A DNA stretch of 64,000 nucleotides, from positions 9,488,001 to 9,552,000 of the forward strand of contig CM075992.1 in the NCBI GenBank assembly GCA_038087875.1, in the 5' to 3' direction. Origin of the DNA: Malacoraja senta (Eukaryota). Below, piece after piece: positions 50,589-64,000 of this stretch. Positions within the stretch are counted from its first letter, which is position 1, and the number at the start of each line of letters is the position of its first letter. The translations under genes and the position numbers were made by a program. Below the pieces are notes generated by a model. The model made no database searches and was not told the origin of the DNA. It saw nothing but the letters and a program-made list of their open reading frames with translations.

Positions 50589-50677
50589 TCTGAAGCAACG
50601 GCACTACCTGCTGCAGCCCTGTGACTCTCTGATTTACGATGAGAGACGATAATGTGCTGTCTTTCACCTTCCTGCAG

Positions 50678-50737
50678 GGTGCAATATTCCTGTTCTTTTC
50701 GGGAAGAATCGAAGAGATCCAGGGAAACCTCGACAAG
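50678..50737 (+). CDS. TTC39A: TTC39A coding exon (60 nt), GAIFLFFSGRIEEIQGNLDK
   Basis: Acceptor caccttcctgcag, donor aag|gtgaga. Confidence 0.95.
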
Positions 50738-53700
50738 GTGAGAATCCCTTTAGTTGTCTGTGATGTGGGTGTGGAGAGCATGTTTCCACTAGTGCGAGAG
50801 TCTGGGACCAGAGGGCACAGCCTCAGAATAAAAGGACGTAATCCTTTAGAAAGGAGATAATGAAGAATTTCTTTAGCCAGAGGGTGGTGAATCTGTGGAA
50901 TTCATTGCCACAAGCGGCTGTGGAGGCCAAGTCAATGGGTATTTTTAACGCGGAGATTCATAGGTTCTTGATTAGTAAGAGTGTCAATAGACAATAGGTG
51001 CAGGAGTAGGCCATTCGACCCTTCGAGCCAGCACCGCCATTCAATGTGATCATGGCTGATCATCCCCAATCAGTACCCCGTTCCTGCCTTCTCCCCATAT
51101 CCCCTGACTCCGCTATTTTTAAGAGCCCTATCCAGCTCTCTCTTGAAAGCATCCAGAGAACCGGCCTCCACCGCCCTCTGAGGCAGAGAATTCCACAGAC
51201 TCACCACTCTCTGTGAGAAAAAGTGTTTCCTCGTCTCCGTTCTAAATGGCTTGTTCCTATTCTTAAACTGTGGCCCCTGGTTCTGGACTCCCCCAACATC
51301 AGGAACATGTTTCCTGCCTCTAGCGTGTCCAAACCCTTAACAATCTTATATGTTTCAATGAGATATCCTCTCATCCTTCTAAACTCCAGAGTGTACAAGC
51401 CCAGCCGCTCCATTCTCTCAGCATATGACAGTGGTCATGGGGTGAAGGCCAAAGGTTATGGGGTGAAGGCAGGAGAATGGGGTTGAGAGGGAAAGATAGA
51501 TCAGCCATGATCGAATGGTGGAGCAGACTCGATGGGCCGAATGGCCTCATTCTGCTCTTATGTCATGGTCTTACGTTGCCATGGGTGTGGACGTTTTCTG
51601 AGTCCTCAAGGCTGGGGAAGGAGTAGTAAAGATGCCCAGACATCAGCTGGGGGAGGAAGGCTGTGTGGGATTGTTGCAATCATAGACCCTGAGTAGATCA
51701 TCTCTTCAGCAGAGGAAGGATGAACACTCTTCCTGGTCATTCCCAGTTATCAGCCCAACATGTTGCCTCACCATTCCCTCCACAGATGCTGCCTGGCCTG
51801 CTGAGTTCCTCCAGCACTTAGTTTTTTACTCAAGATTCCAGCATCGGCCGTCTCTCGTGGCCCAGTTATTGATTCATTGATTGAAATTCACAGCATGGAA
51901 ACAGGCCCTTTGGCCAATCGAGTCCATGCTGACCATCCGTTCCATGCTATCCCACTTTCTCATCCACTCCCTCCACACTGGGGGTGATTCACAGAGGGCC
52001 AATTAACCTGCAAACCCGCACGTCTTTGGGATGTGGGGGGGAATCCGGAGCAGCCGGAGGAAACCCATGTGGCCGCGGGGAGAACGTGCAAACTCCACAC
52101 AGATAGCACCAGAGGTTGGGATCAAAACAATAGACAATAGGTGCAGGAGTAGGCCATTTGGCCCTTCGTGCCAGCACCACCATTCAATGTGATCATGGCT
52201 GATCATCCCCAATCTGTACCCCGTTCCTGCCTTCTCCCCATATCCCCTGACTCCGCTATTTTTAAGAGCCCTATCTAGCTCTCTCTTGAAAGCATCCAGA
52301 GAACTGGCCTCCACTGCCCTCTGAGGCAGAGAATTCCACAGACTCACCACTCTCTGTGAGAAAAAGTGTTTCCTCGTCTCCGTTCTTAAACTGTGGGCCC
52401 TGGTTCTGGACTCCCCCAACATCGGGAACATGTTTCCTGCCTCTAGCGTGTCCAAGCCCTTAACAATCTTATATGTTTCAATGAGATCCCCTCTCATCCT
52501 TCTAAACTCCAGAGTGTACAAGCCCAGCTGCTCCATTCTCTCAGCATATGACAGTCTCTGTTGCTGTGAGGCAGAAGCTCTAGCAGCTGCACCACTGTGC
52601 CACGTTCAAAGTTCTCCTCTCACTGCAAAACCTCTTCAAAGGATGCCCGTTTTGAAGAGATTCTCCTCGCTTTGACGAGAGTTGTGTGAGACCCTCTCTC
52701 CCTGCTCACCCCCCCTGTGATTCCAATGTCTCTTATGTCCCCGTCTACCAATCAACCCCACCTCACCCATCTGCCCCTTGCTAGCCCTTCCTCTCACTTA
52801 TGTCTGCCAGCTCTCTGTCTGTCCTCTGCTCCACCAGACCCAACCTGAAGCAGGTCTGTGTATTTCCCTCCACTGATGTGATGCTGGGGTTCATCTGGTA
52901 GTTTGCTTTCTGCTTGGCTGGTCAGCTGCATTCAAGATTCAAGTGAGTTTATTGTCATGTGTCCCTGATAGGACAATGATATTCTTGCTTTGCTTCAGCA
53001 CAACAGAACATAGTAGGCATTGACTACAAAACAGATCAGTGTGTCCATACAGAAACAAAGAAAATATATTACTTCCTTTTCAAAAACATAAAACTAGAGG
53101 TTGTACATAGAATGTATTACGTTGTGACATAGTTGGCACCTAAAATTAGGTACCACTGTATTGTTTTGTATTGTATTAACTTCTAATAAAATAAAAATTA
53201 AAAAAAATAAAAAGAAACATAGAAACTAGGTGCAGGAGGAGGCCATTCAGCCCTTCGATTCATTGTGATCATGGCTGATCGTCCCAAATCAATACCCTGT
53301 GTCTGTCTTCTCCCCATATCCCTTGACTCCACTAGGCCCTAGACCTCTATCTAACTGTCTCTTAAATCCATCCAGTGACTTGGCCACTGCCCTCTGTGGC
53401 AGGGAATTCCACAAATTCACAACTCTCTGGGTGAAAAACGTTTTTTCTCACCTCAGTCTGTTGTGGACAAATTGTGGGGGATGGAGATGCAAAAGTGAGA
53501 GAGTATAGAACATGCTTTCAAGATGGCGCCCAACACAGGCGACTATTTGCCTGCCAGCAACAGAAGCAGATCCACAATCTCATATATACCATTATATAAA
53601 TATATACACACATGAATAAATAAACTGACCAAGTGCAAATAACAGATAATGGGCTATTAATGTTCAGAGTTTTGTCCGAGCCAAGTTTAATAGCCTGATG

Positions 53701-53899
53701 GCTGTGGGGAAGTAGCTATTCCTGAACCTGGTCGTTGCAGTCTTCAGGCTCCTGTACCTTCTACCTCAAGGTAGCAGGGAGATGAGTGTGTGGCCAGGAT
53801 GGTGTGGGTCCTTGATGATGCTTATTGTGTGAGTTGATGATGAGTATTGTGTGCCGTTCTGGTTGCCCCGTTACAGGATGTGTTGGAGGCCAGAGGTAA

Positions 53900-54163
<264 letters not shown>

Positions 54164-54579
54164 TAAAGGGGCCCAATGTCATCCCAGCTGCCCGTACAAG
54201 AGTCAAGAGTGGACACAAAGTGCTGGAGTAACTCAGCGGGTCGGGGAGTAAAAGGAATAGGTGACGTTTTGGGTCGGGAACCTCCCTCAGACTGAAAGTA
54301 GAGGGGAGGGAAATAGAGGTAGGGAAAAGGCCGGAACAAAGCAGGGTCGGCAACAGATGCGGAAGGAGTGGATAGACGGTGTTTCCCGACCCTTCTTCAG
54401 ACTGATTGGATTAACATGGGAGATAGCTGGAAAGGAGAGGTGGGGGTGGGACAGAAGCTGACAAGTGATAGGTGGAAGGTAGACTAAAATGCTGGAGAAA
54501 CTCAGCGGGTGAGGCACGATCTATGGAGCGAAGGAATAGGTGACGTTTCGGGCCGAAACCTTTGTGATCTTGCACTAAA

Positions 54580-55439
54580 CAATATAATACAATACAATAC
54601 AATACCGTTTATTGTCATTTGAACCTCAAATGAAGTTCAAACGAAATTTGGTTTCTGCAGTCATACAAACAAGTAAAAAGAACCAAGACACAACACAATT
54701 TACACAAACATCCATCACAGTGAATCTCCTCCTCGCTGTGATGGAAGGCAAAGTCTTATGTCTCCCCTGCACTCCCCATTCTCCTCCCGATGTCAGAGTC
54801 AGAGCCCCCGGCGGGCGATGGAAAATAAGTCCCGCGGCCATTAAAGCCGCGCCGGGCGATGCAAGGCCGCCCTCCGCATCTGTATGTTGGAGCCCCCGGT
54901 AGCGCTAGCAAGTCCCGCTGCCATTAAAGCCGCGCCGGGCGATGTTAGACCCAGCTCCAGGTCATCTACAACCCCGCAACTCGGGCGGGAGAAGTTGCCG
55001 TTGCAGGAGCCCCGAAAAGCGGTCTCCCACCAGGGACCCGCGAGCTCCCGATGTTACCGTCCACCAGACCTGCGGCTGGAGCCTCCGAATCTCCGGGGTC
55101 GGGTCACAGCCGCGCGTCACCGCAGCTCTCCACGCTCCGAACTCGGCCAGCTCCACGATGGTGAGTCCGCAGGCTCCGCGACTGGAGCCCCAGGTCGTTC
55201 CGGTTGGAGGCCGCTCTACGGTGCTAGGCCCCAACGAAAATGGAGACCCGACAGAGAAAGGTCGGGTCCTCCATACAGGGAAGAGATTTTTAAAGTTCCC
55301 CCCTCCCCCCCCACCGCCCCCCACATATACACAGTTAAAAACAATATTAAAAAACACAAACAACTACATTTAACTAGACAAAAATAAAATAAGACAGACG
55401 GACTGCAGTCGAGCCGCTGCCGTTAGGTGCCGCCACTCC
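54580..55439 (-). mobile_element. Second copy of the CpG-rich non-autonomous retroelement
   Basis: High similarity to 25706-26492; (tattg)n tail. Confidence 0.7.
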
Positions 55440-55488
55440 CTGTGGATACAGGTGGGCGGTTTGATTTGTAGGTGGGTGGAGTAAGTGA

Positions 55489-55812
<324 letters not shown>

Positions 55813-56217
55813 TGACCGATCCTTGCAGGTTCTCAACCGCGTTGGAAATTTGATGAGGTTGTTCTTGTTTGGTGAAAGGTAACGACGTGAGTGGCAGGTT
55901 TTGCTCCTGACCACTTTGTATTAGATGTTAGATTTTAGAGAGACACTCGGACTATCTTTGATTGGACTTTACTGGAGCTTATCTTGCACTAAACATTATT
56001 CCCTTATCGTGTATCCGTACACTGTGGACGGCTCGATTGTAATCATGTATCGTCTTTCCGCTGAATGGTTAGCACGCAACAAACACTGTACCTCGGTACA
56101 CGTGACAATAAACTGAACTAAATGAAATAAACGGAACTATTTAATGGAAGTAGTATGAAAATGGGCCTTTTGGCCCACAGAGTCCACACTGCCCAGCGAT
56201 CACTGTTCACTAGCACG

Positions 56218-56730
56218 ATTTGAGGAAGGACATCCTAATTTGAGGAAGGACATCCTTGTGATTGAGGCAGTGCAGCGTAGGTTCACGAGATTGATCCCTG
56301 GGATGGCGGGACTGTCATATGAGGAAAGATTGAAAAGACTAGAGTTCACTGGAGTTTAGAAGGATGAGGGGGAATCTTATGGAAACATATAAAATTATAA
56401 AAGGACTTGACAAGCTAGATGCAGGAAAAATGTTCCCAATGTTGGGCGAGTCCAGAACCAGGGGTCACAGTCTTAGAATAAAGGGGAAGCCATTTAGGGA
56501 GTTGTGAATTCGTGGAATTCCCTGCCACAGGGGGCAGTGGAGGCCAAATCACTGGATGGATTTAAGAGAGAGTTAGATAGAGCTCTAGGGGCTAGTGGAA
56601 TCAAGGGATATGGGGAGAAGGCAGGCACAGGTTATTGATTGGGGACGATCAGCCATGATCACAATGAATGGCGGTGCTGGCTCGAAGGGCCGAATGGCCT
56701 CCTCCCGCACCTATTTTCTATGTTTCTATG
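56218..56730 (+). mobile_element. CR1 3' fragment
   Basis: LRKDILVIEAVQRRFTRLIPG...; (atgtttct)n tail. Confidence 0.88.
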
Positions 56731-57351
56731 ATCCTACACACACATACATTGCCTGAGGGACAATTTACAATGTACCTGTAGAGGCCAATTAACCTACAAA
56801 CCTGCACGTCTTTGGAGTGTGGGAGAAAACCCACGCAGGTCACGGGGAGAATATATAAGCACAAGATCCATACCCGAGGTCAGGATGGAACCCAGGTCTC
56901 TGGCGCTGTGAGGCAGCAACTCTACCGCTGCACCACCGTGCCGCTCCTAAATAGAGGAATGATGGTTAATGGAGATATCTGAGCAGCTTGGCTCAATTCA
57001 CAACACAGGCTACTTGGTGTGGTGGGTACCTGTTATCACCCAATGTCAGGATCGAACCCGGGACCTGATCATGGCTCCAGCTCTCCAAAAACTTCAGTCA
57101 GCAAGATAAATGAATTTATTTCTGAAAATGATGACTCAGACTCTGCTCCAACCTGTTGGGGATTGTTTTTGCCCTGGGGGCCATGTTGGCGAGTACAGTG
57201 CTAAATACCAACCACCCAGTTGCACGAGTCGTGCACTAATCCTATCCTTTTCATCAACAATCCACTGCAGAAATTGCCCCGAAGCTGCAGCTGAGTGTTG
57301 GAATCTGGGCGGCGTTGATGAAAATGTGTGCAAAAGGAGAAAACAAACGGA

Positions 57352-57675
57352 GGGCCTGTACTCGTGGAGTTTAGAAGGTTGAGGGGGGACCTCATTGAAT
57401 CTTACAGAATAATGAAAGGCATAGATAGAGTGGATGTGGAGAGGATGTTTCCACTGGTGGGAGAGTCTAGGACCAGAGGTCGCAGCCTCAGAATTAAAGG
57501 ACGTTCTTTTAGAAAGGAGGTGAGGAGGAATTTCTTTAGTCAGAGGGTAGTTAATCTGTGGAACTCATTGCCACAGAGGGCTGTGGAGGCCACGTCATCG
57601 GATAATTTTCAGGCGGATATTGATAGATTCTTGATTAGTACGGGTGTAGGGTTAGGAGGGGAAGGCAGGAGAAAG
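57352..57675 (+). mobile_element. CR1 3' fragment (3' UTR resumes about 57835-57900 after a PLE end)
   Basis: EFRRLRGDLIESYRIMKG...FFSQRVVNLWNSLP. Confidence 0.87.
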
Positions 57676-57873
57676 GGGTTGAGAGGGAGAGATATTTAAG
57701 AAAGGACTGCAGATGCTGGAAAAATCGGTTCGACAAAAATGCTGGAGAAACTCAGCGGGTGAGGCAGCATCTATGGAGCGAAGGAATAGGTGACGTTTTG
57801 GGTCGAGACCCTTCTTCAGACTGCTTCTTCAGAGTGATAGATCAGCCATGATTGAATGGTGGGGTGGACTTAA

Positions 57874-58122
<249 letters not shown>

Positions 58123-59368
58123 TAGACAAGAGGTGCAGGAGTAGGCCATTTGGCCCTTCGAGCCAGCACCGCCATTCAATGTGATCATGGCTGATCATCC
58201 CCAATCAGTACCCCGTTCCTACCTTCTCCCCATATCCCCTGACTCCGCTATCTTTAAGAGCCCTATCTAGCTCTCTCTTGAAAGCATCCAGAGAACCGGC
58301 CTCCACCGCCCTCTGAGGCAGAGAATTACACAGACTGTGAGAAAAAGTGTTTCCTCGTCTCCGTTCTAAATGGCTCACTCCTTATTCTTAAACTGTGTGG
58401 CTCCTGGTTCTGGACTCCCCCCAACATCGGGAACATGTTTCCCGCCTCTAGCGTGTCCAAGCCCTTAACAATCTTATATGTCTCAATGAGGTCCCCTCTC
58501 ATCCTTCTAAACTCCAGAGTGTACAACCCCAGCTGCTCCATTCTCTCAGCATATGACAGTCCCGCCATCCCGGGAATTAACTTTGTAAACCTACGCTGCA
58601 CTCCCTCAATAGCAAGAATGTCCTTCCTCAAATTAGGGGACTAAAACTGTACACAATACTCCAGGTGTGGTCTCACTAGGGCTCTGTACAACTGCAGAAG
58701 GAACTGCCCCTGTACACGGCACTCACCCTGCCGATGGTGAGAGGTCCAGGCCAAGAGTGTAGCATCACATGGGAGAAGGAAGCAGTGGTGGGCTGTCTAG
58801 ACTGTGGGAGCACTCTCATGTTAATTAGTGATAGGAGCAGATTTAGGCTATTTGGCCCATCAAGTCTACTCCGCCATTCAATCATGGCTGATCTATCTTT
58901 CCCTCTCAAACTCATTCTCCTCCCCATAGATTTAGCCATAGAGTTAGATTTAGCTCACAGGGCTAAAGAAATCAAGGGATATGGGGAAAAAGAAGGAATG
59001 GGGTACTGATTTTGGATGATCAGCCATGATCATATTGAATGGCGGTGCTGGCTCGAAGGGCTGAATAGCCTACTCCTGCACCTATTTTCCTATGTTTCGA
59101 CGTTTCTGTAACCCCTGACACCCGTACTAATCAAGAAAGGACAAATGTCCCATGTGTGTTGCCACGGGATGTCTGGCAGGCTGTTGCCATTGTGAATGTG
59201 AGCGGCCAGGAGATAGATGCACTCTGGTGACAATCTAGAGCAGGAGCGAAAAGTATGTTCCTGCCCAGGATGGAACTGGGGACATTTCACGTGTGAGGCA
59301 AACGTGAAGCCGCCATGTTTGTAGTAGTTGGTGAGTTGGTCGAGCAGACGAATGAAGGAGGAGATAGC

Positions 59369-59925
59369 AAAGGTTCAAAGGTCAGTTTATTGTCACGTGC
59401 ACCAATCAAGGTACAGTGAAACTCGAATTACCATACAGCTATGCTAAAAAAAGCAACAAGACACACAACTACATAAATGTTAACATAAACATCCACCACA
59501 GCGGATTCCCCACATTCCCCACTGTGATGGAAGGCAATAAAGTCTAACCTTCCTCTTATCCTCCCGCGGTTGGAGCAGTCGAACCACCCGTCGTCGGGGC
59601 GATCGAAGCCCCCGCGTTGGGGCGGTCGAAGCTCCAGAAGTCGGTCTCCAACCAGAGGCCGCCAGCTCTTCGATGTTAGGCCGCAGGCTCCCGCGGTTGG
59701 AGCTCCCGAAGTAGGTCTCCAGCAAAGGCCGCCAGCTCCTCGATGTTAGGCCGCAGTGCGGACGGAGATACGATACGGAAACAAAATTGCGTCTCCGTCG
59801 AGGTACGAGATTTTAAAAAAGTTTCCTCCAACCCCCCACATTAAACAAACTGAAGAGACACTAAACATACATTTAACACATACTAATAAACAGCAAAGAA
59901 GGAAGGGACGAGGGCTAGCGCCACC
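59369..59925 (-). mobile_element. Related non-autonomous retroelement
   Basis: Shared aaacatccaccacag...cactgtgatggaaggcaa motif; gtgacaataaa tail. Confidence 0.6.
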
Positions 59926-60978
59926 CGGTGGTTATATGTGGGGGCATATATGGTGTAGGAAGGAACTGCAGATGCCAGTTTAAACCGAAGATAGATACAA
60001 AATGCTGGAGTAACTCAGCGGGACAGGCAGTATCTCTGGAGAGAAGGATTGGGTGACGTTTCGGGATCCGGAAAGTCACCCATTCCTTCTCTCCAGAGAT
60101 GTTGCCTGTCCCGCTGAGTTACAGGGGACAATTAACCTATCAAAGCACAAGTCTTTGCGATGTGGGAGGAAACCAGAGCACCTGGAGGAAGCCCACGCAG
60201 TCACAAGGAGTAGGTGCAAACTCCACACACACAGCACCCGAGGTCAGGATCGAACACGGGTGCTGGAGGTGTCAGGCAGTGGCTCCATCCACTGACTGGC
60301 TTCCATTCAATCATCCCCACTTAAGCATTGAGGCCAGCCACCTCACCTTAGAGGGCGAAAGGCTCCAAGATTACAGAGAAATGACCAACTTTATAGCAGT
60401 GGGTGATCAAAGAACTACTGGAAATAATTAAGTTAAAAGCAAAATGCTGGAAACACTTGGGTCGGGCAGCATCTCTGGTGAGAGGAACATTCTAGGTTGA
60501 GGACAAAAGGTTTTTGACTGAAGCTGTAAACTCTGCTTTTCTTTTCACAGATGCTGCCTGACCTACTGAGTCTTCCCAATATTTTTGGTTCCCCATATTA
60601 TACCAGTATATTTGCTTCTTCTAAAGGATTGATGATTGCACCATTGTGAATTTTGCTGAGAACTTTATTCTGCATTCCGTACCTTCCCTTTTGCTCTGTC
60701 TATTGCACTTGAGTCCGACTTGATTGTATTTATGTCTGCTATTATCTGATCTGTTTGGATGGCATGCTAAACAAATCTTGTCATTGTGCCTCGGTGCACG
60801 TGACAATAATAGACTTGAATGTACGTCTAAACGTTAACAAAGAATGACACAAAGAGTTGGAGCAACTCAGCGGGTCAGGCAGCATCCCTGGAGGATATGG
60901 ATAGGTGATGTTTTGGGTCTGGACCCTAGTTTAGACCTCCAAACATCACCGTTGTGTCCAGTTCTAAGCAGACAGAAA

Positions 60979-61753
<775 letters not shown>

Positions 61754-61849
61754 TAAGAACCGGGCCCAAGCACGTTCCCTGCCTCTGGGTCTTCCCAAGT
61801 GTTAATGTTGAACGGGCAACTTTACCCACAGCAGTGTCCCATATTCCGG

Positions 61850-62168
61850 ATTAGTTTAATTTAGTTTAGTTTAGACATACAGCGTGGAAACAGGCCCTTC
61901 GGCCCACCGAGTCCGCACCAACCAGCGATCCCCGCACACTAAACACTATCCTACACACACTAGGGACAATTTACAATTTTTACCAAGCCAATTAATCTAC
62001 AAACCTGCACGTCTTTGGAATGTGGGAGGAAACCGAAGATCTCGGAGAAAACCCACGCTGGTCACGGGGAGAACGTACAAACTCCGTACAGACAGCGCCC
62101 GTAGTCGGGATCGAACCCGGGTCTCTGGCGCTGTGAGGCAGCAGCTCTACCGCTGTGCCACCGTGCCA
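61850..62168 (-). mobile_element. HE1-type SINE, full length (further copies about 16405-17510, 27820-28465, 38120-38372, 56730-56943)
   Basis: (ttagt)n tail, B-box gggttcgatccc on the minus strand. Confidence 0.88.
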
Positions 62169-62429
62169 CCCTGTATGGGGGAGGAATGTTAACCGGGGCA
62201 CCTGCACAATTCTGGGCTCTTCCTGTGATGCCATGGGATCGATGAGGCTTTTTCCTGATATCCCATCAGATGCTCCAGTGGGGGAATGGAGAAACAGAAG
62301 AGTTGGGATTCTACCAATACGCAAGTATTTAATTGCCACATACACCAGTAACAGAACATATAGAACACAGGACTGGGCTGTAGATGAGCAAGTAAGGAGG
62401 AAGTGTTAAAAGATCATTGTACACGAGAG

Positions 62430-63240
62430 GAGCACAGGAACAGGCCCTTCAGCCCACAAAGACTGGGCTGAAAATGATGCCAAGTTAAACTGGCCGTATC
62501 TGGCCGTACGTAATCCAGATCCCTCTATTCCCATGTGCCCACTTAAAAGCCTCTTAAACGCCACTATTGTATTGGCCTCCACCGCTACCCTTGGAAGTAC
62601 GCTCTGCACACCTCCATTAAACATTCCCCTTCTCACCTTGTAGCCATGCTCTCTCGTGTTGGACATTTCAACCCTCAGGGACAAAGCTTCTGACTGTCTA
62701 CCCAATCTACGCCTCTCATAATTTTATATACTTTTTTCAAGCCTCCCCTCAACCTCTGGCATCCGGAGATAACAATCCGAGTCTATCCAACCTCTCCCTG
62801 TCGCTGAAATGCTCCAATCTGGGCATCATTCTGGTAAACCTCCTCCGCACCGTCTCCAAAGCCCCCACATCGTTCCGGTAACGGGGTGACCAGAACTGCA
62901 CGCAAGACTCCAAATGTGCCTGACAACAGTCCTATAGAACTGCATCATGAATTCCTGACTCTTATATTCATTGCCCCTAGAAATGAAGGCAAGCATAACA
63001 CTTTCCCACCTTCTTTACCACCTTATCTATATGTTGCCACCTTCAGTGAGCGATGAACATGGACTCCAAGATCCCCCTGCACATCAATGCTGTTAAGGGT
63101 CTTGCCATTAACTGTGTTCTCTCTCACCTTACATTCAAACTCACAAAGTGCATCACCTCACATTTGCTCTGGTTAAACTCCATCTGCCATTTCTTTGCCC
63201 ATTTCTGCAGCTGATCTATATCTCACCGTATCTTCTTCTG
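62430..63240 (-). mobile_element. Older CR1 fragment
   Basis: Degenerate CR1 RT C-terminal coding sequence (AEKWAK..MEFNQSKCEVMH, DLGV, VQFWSP). Confidence 0.8.
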
Positions 63241-63333
63241 ACAGCACCCTCACTCTCTGGAACTCCTCCAATTTTGGCGTTGACAGCAAATATACTCACC
63301 AACCCATCTATATTTACGTCTACAAGATGGAGG

Positions 63334-64000
63334 CACTGACTCCCATGGCTCTACTACAAACCCACTGACTCCCATGGCTATCTGGACTACACTTCCTGTA
63401 AGGACTCTATCCCCAACTCCCAATTCCTCCGTCTACGCCGCATCTGCTCCCAGGATGAGGTGTTCCAAACCAGGGCATCGGGGATGTCCTCATTCTTTAG
63501 GGAACGGGGGTTCCCCTCTTCTATTATAGATGAGGCTCTCACCAGGGTCTCCTCTATATCCCGCAGTTCCGCTCTCACTCCCCATCCCCCCACTCGTAAC
63601 AAGGACAGAGTCCCCCTTGTCCTCACCTTCCACTCTACTAGCCATCACATACAACAGATAATCCTCCGACATTTTCGCCATCTCCAACGGGATCCCACCA
63701 CTGGCCACATCTTCCCATCTCCTCCCCTTTCTGCTTTCCGCAGAGACCGTTCCCTCGGTAACTCCCTGGTCAATTTGTCCCTTCCCATCCAAACCACCCT
63801 CTCCCCGGGCACTTTCCCTTGCAACCGCAGGAAATGCTACACTTGTCGCTTTACCTCCCCCCATGACTCCATCCAAGGACCCAAGCAGTCTTTCCAGGTG
63901 CGGCAGAGGTTCACCTGCATCTCCTCCAACCTCATCTATTACATCCGCTGCTCCAGGTGTCAACTTCTCTACATCGGTGGGACCAAGCGTAGGCTTGGCG
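63334..64000 (+). mobile_element. Penelope-like element (probably Neptune type), 5'-truncated: RT C-terminus, Cys-rich linker and start of GIY-YIG endonuclease
   Basis: Open frame 63352 to end of window: YYKPTDSHGYLDYTS...SIPNSQFLRLRRICS...CNRRKCYTC...FTCISSNLIYYIRCSRCQLLYIGGTKRRLG. Absent from the ORF track because it has no stop in the window. Confidence 0.92.

Noticed and set aside
53877..53895. Possible 19-nt microexon (ttacag|...cagag|gtaag) before exon 53927
   Set aside because: The downstream intron would be only 31 nt and the length is frameshifting. Using it as an alternative acceptor adds 50 nt, also out of frame.

Overview
Eukaryotic, repeat-saturated vertebrate DNA, almost certainly from an elasmobranch (probably a skate/ray), judged from the tRNA-derived HE1-type SINEs and HER1/CR1-type LINE tails. 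The window lies inside one + strand gene, TTC39A (tetratricopeptide repeat domain 39A). Thirteen internal coding exons with GT-AG boundaries can be read from 5073 to 61748. Their phases are consistent except across one junction, where an exon is missing and most likely sits in the 200-N assembly gap at 25313-25512. The first and last exons lie outside the window. Introns are mostly transposon debris: many CR1/HER1 3' fragments, HE1 SINEs, Rex1/Babar and L1 fragments, an RTE 5' end, eight PIF/Harbinger-type MITEs, hAT MITEs, a Helitron-like cluster, a short solo LTR and many Penelope-like element (PLE) ends. The most interesting signals are RNA structures in retroelements: over 20 minimal hammerhead-ribozyme motifs in PLE 3' ends (including an exact tandem dimer and fold-backs) and an HDV-like pseudoknot at the RTE 5' end. 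Also notable are a hAT MITE carrying a captured, palindromised retroelement segment and a 24-bp insert with an 8-bp TSD. Nothing prokaryotic (no CRISPR, operons or rRNA) is present. Most ORFs in the supplied track are TE fragments or spurious. TE boundaries are approximate unless a TSD is quoted. No wholly new gene system could be supported from the sequence alone.
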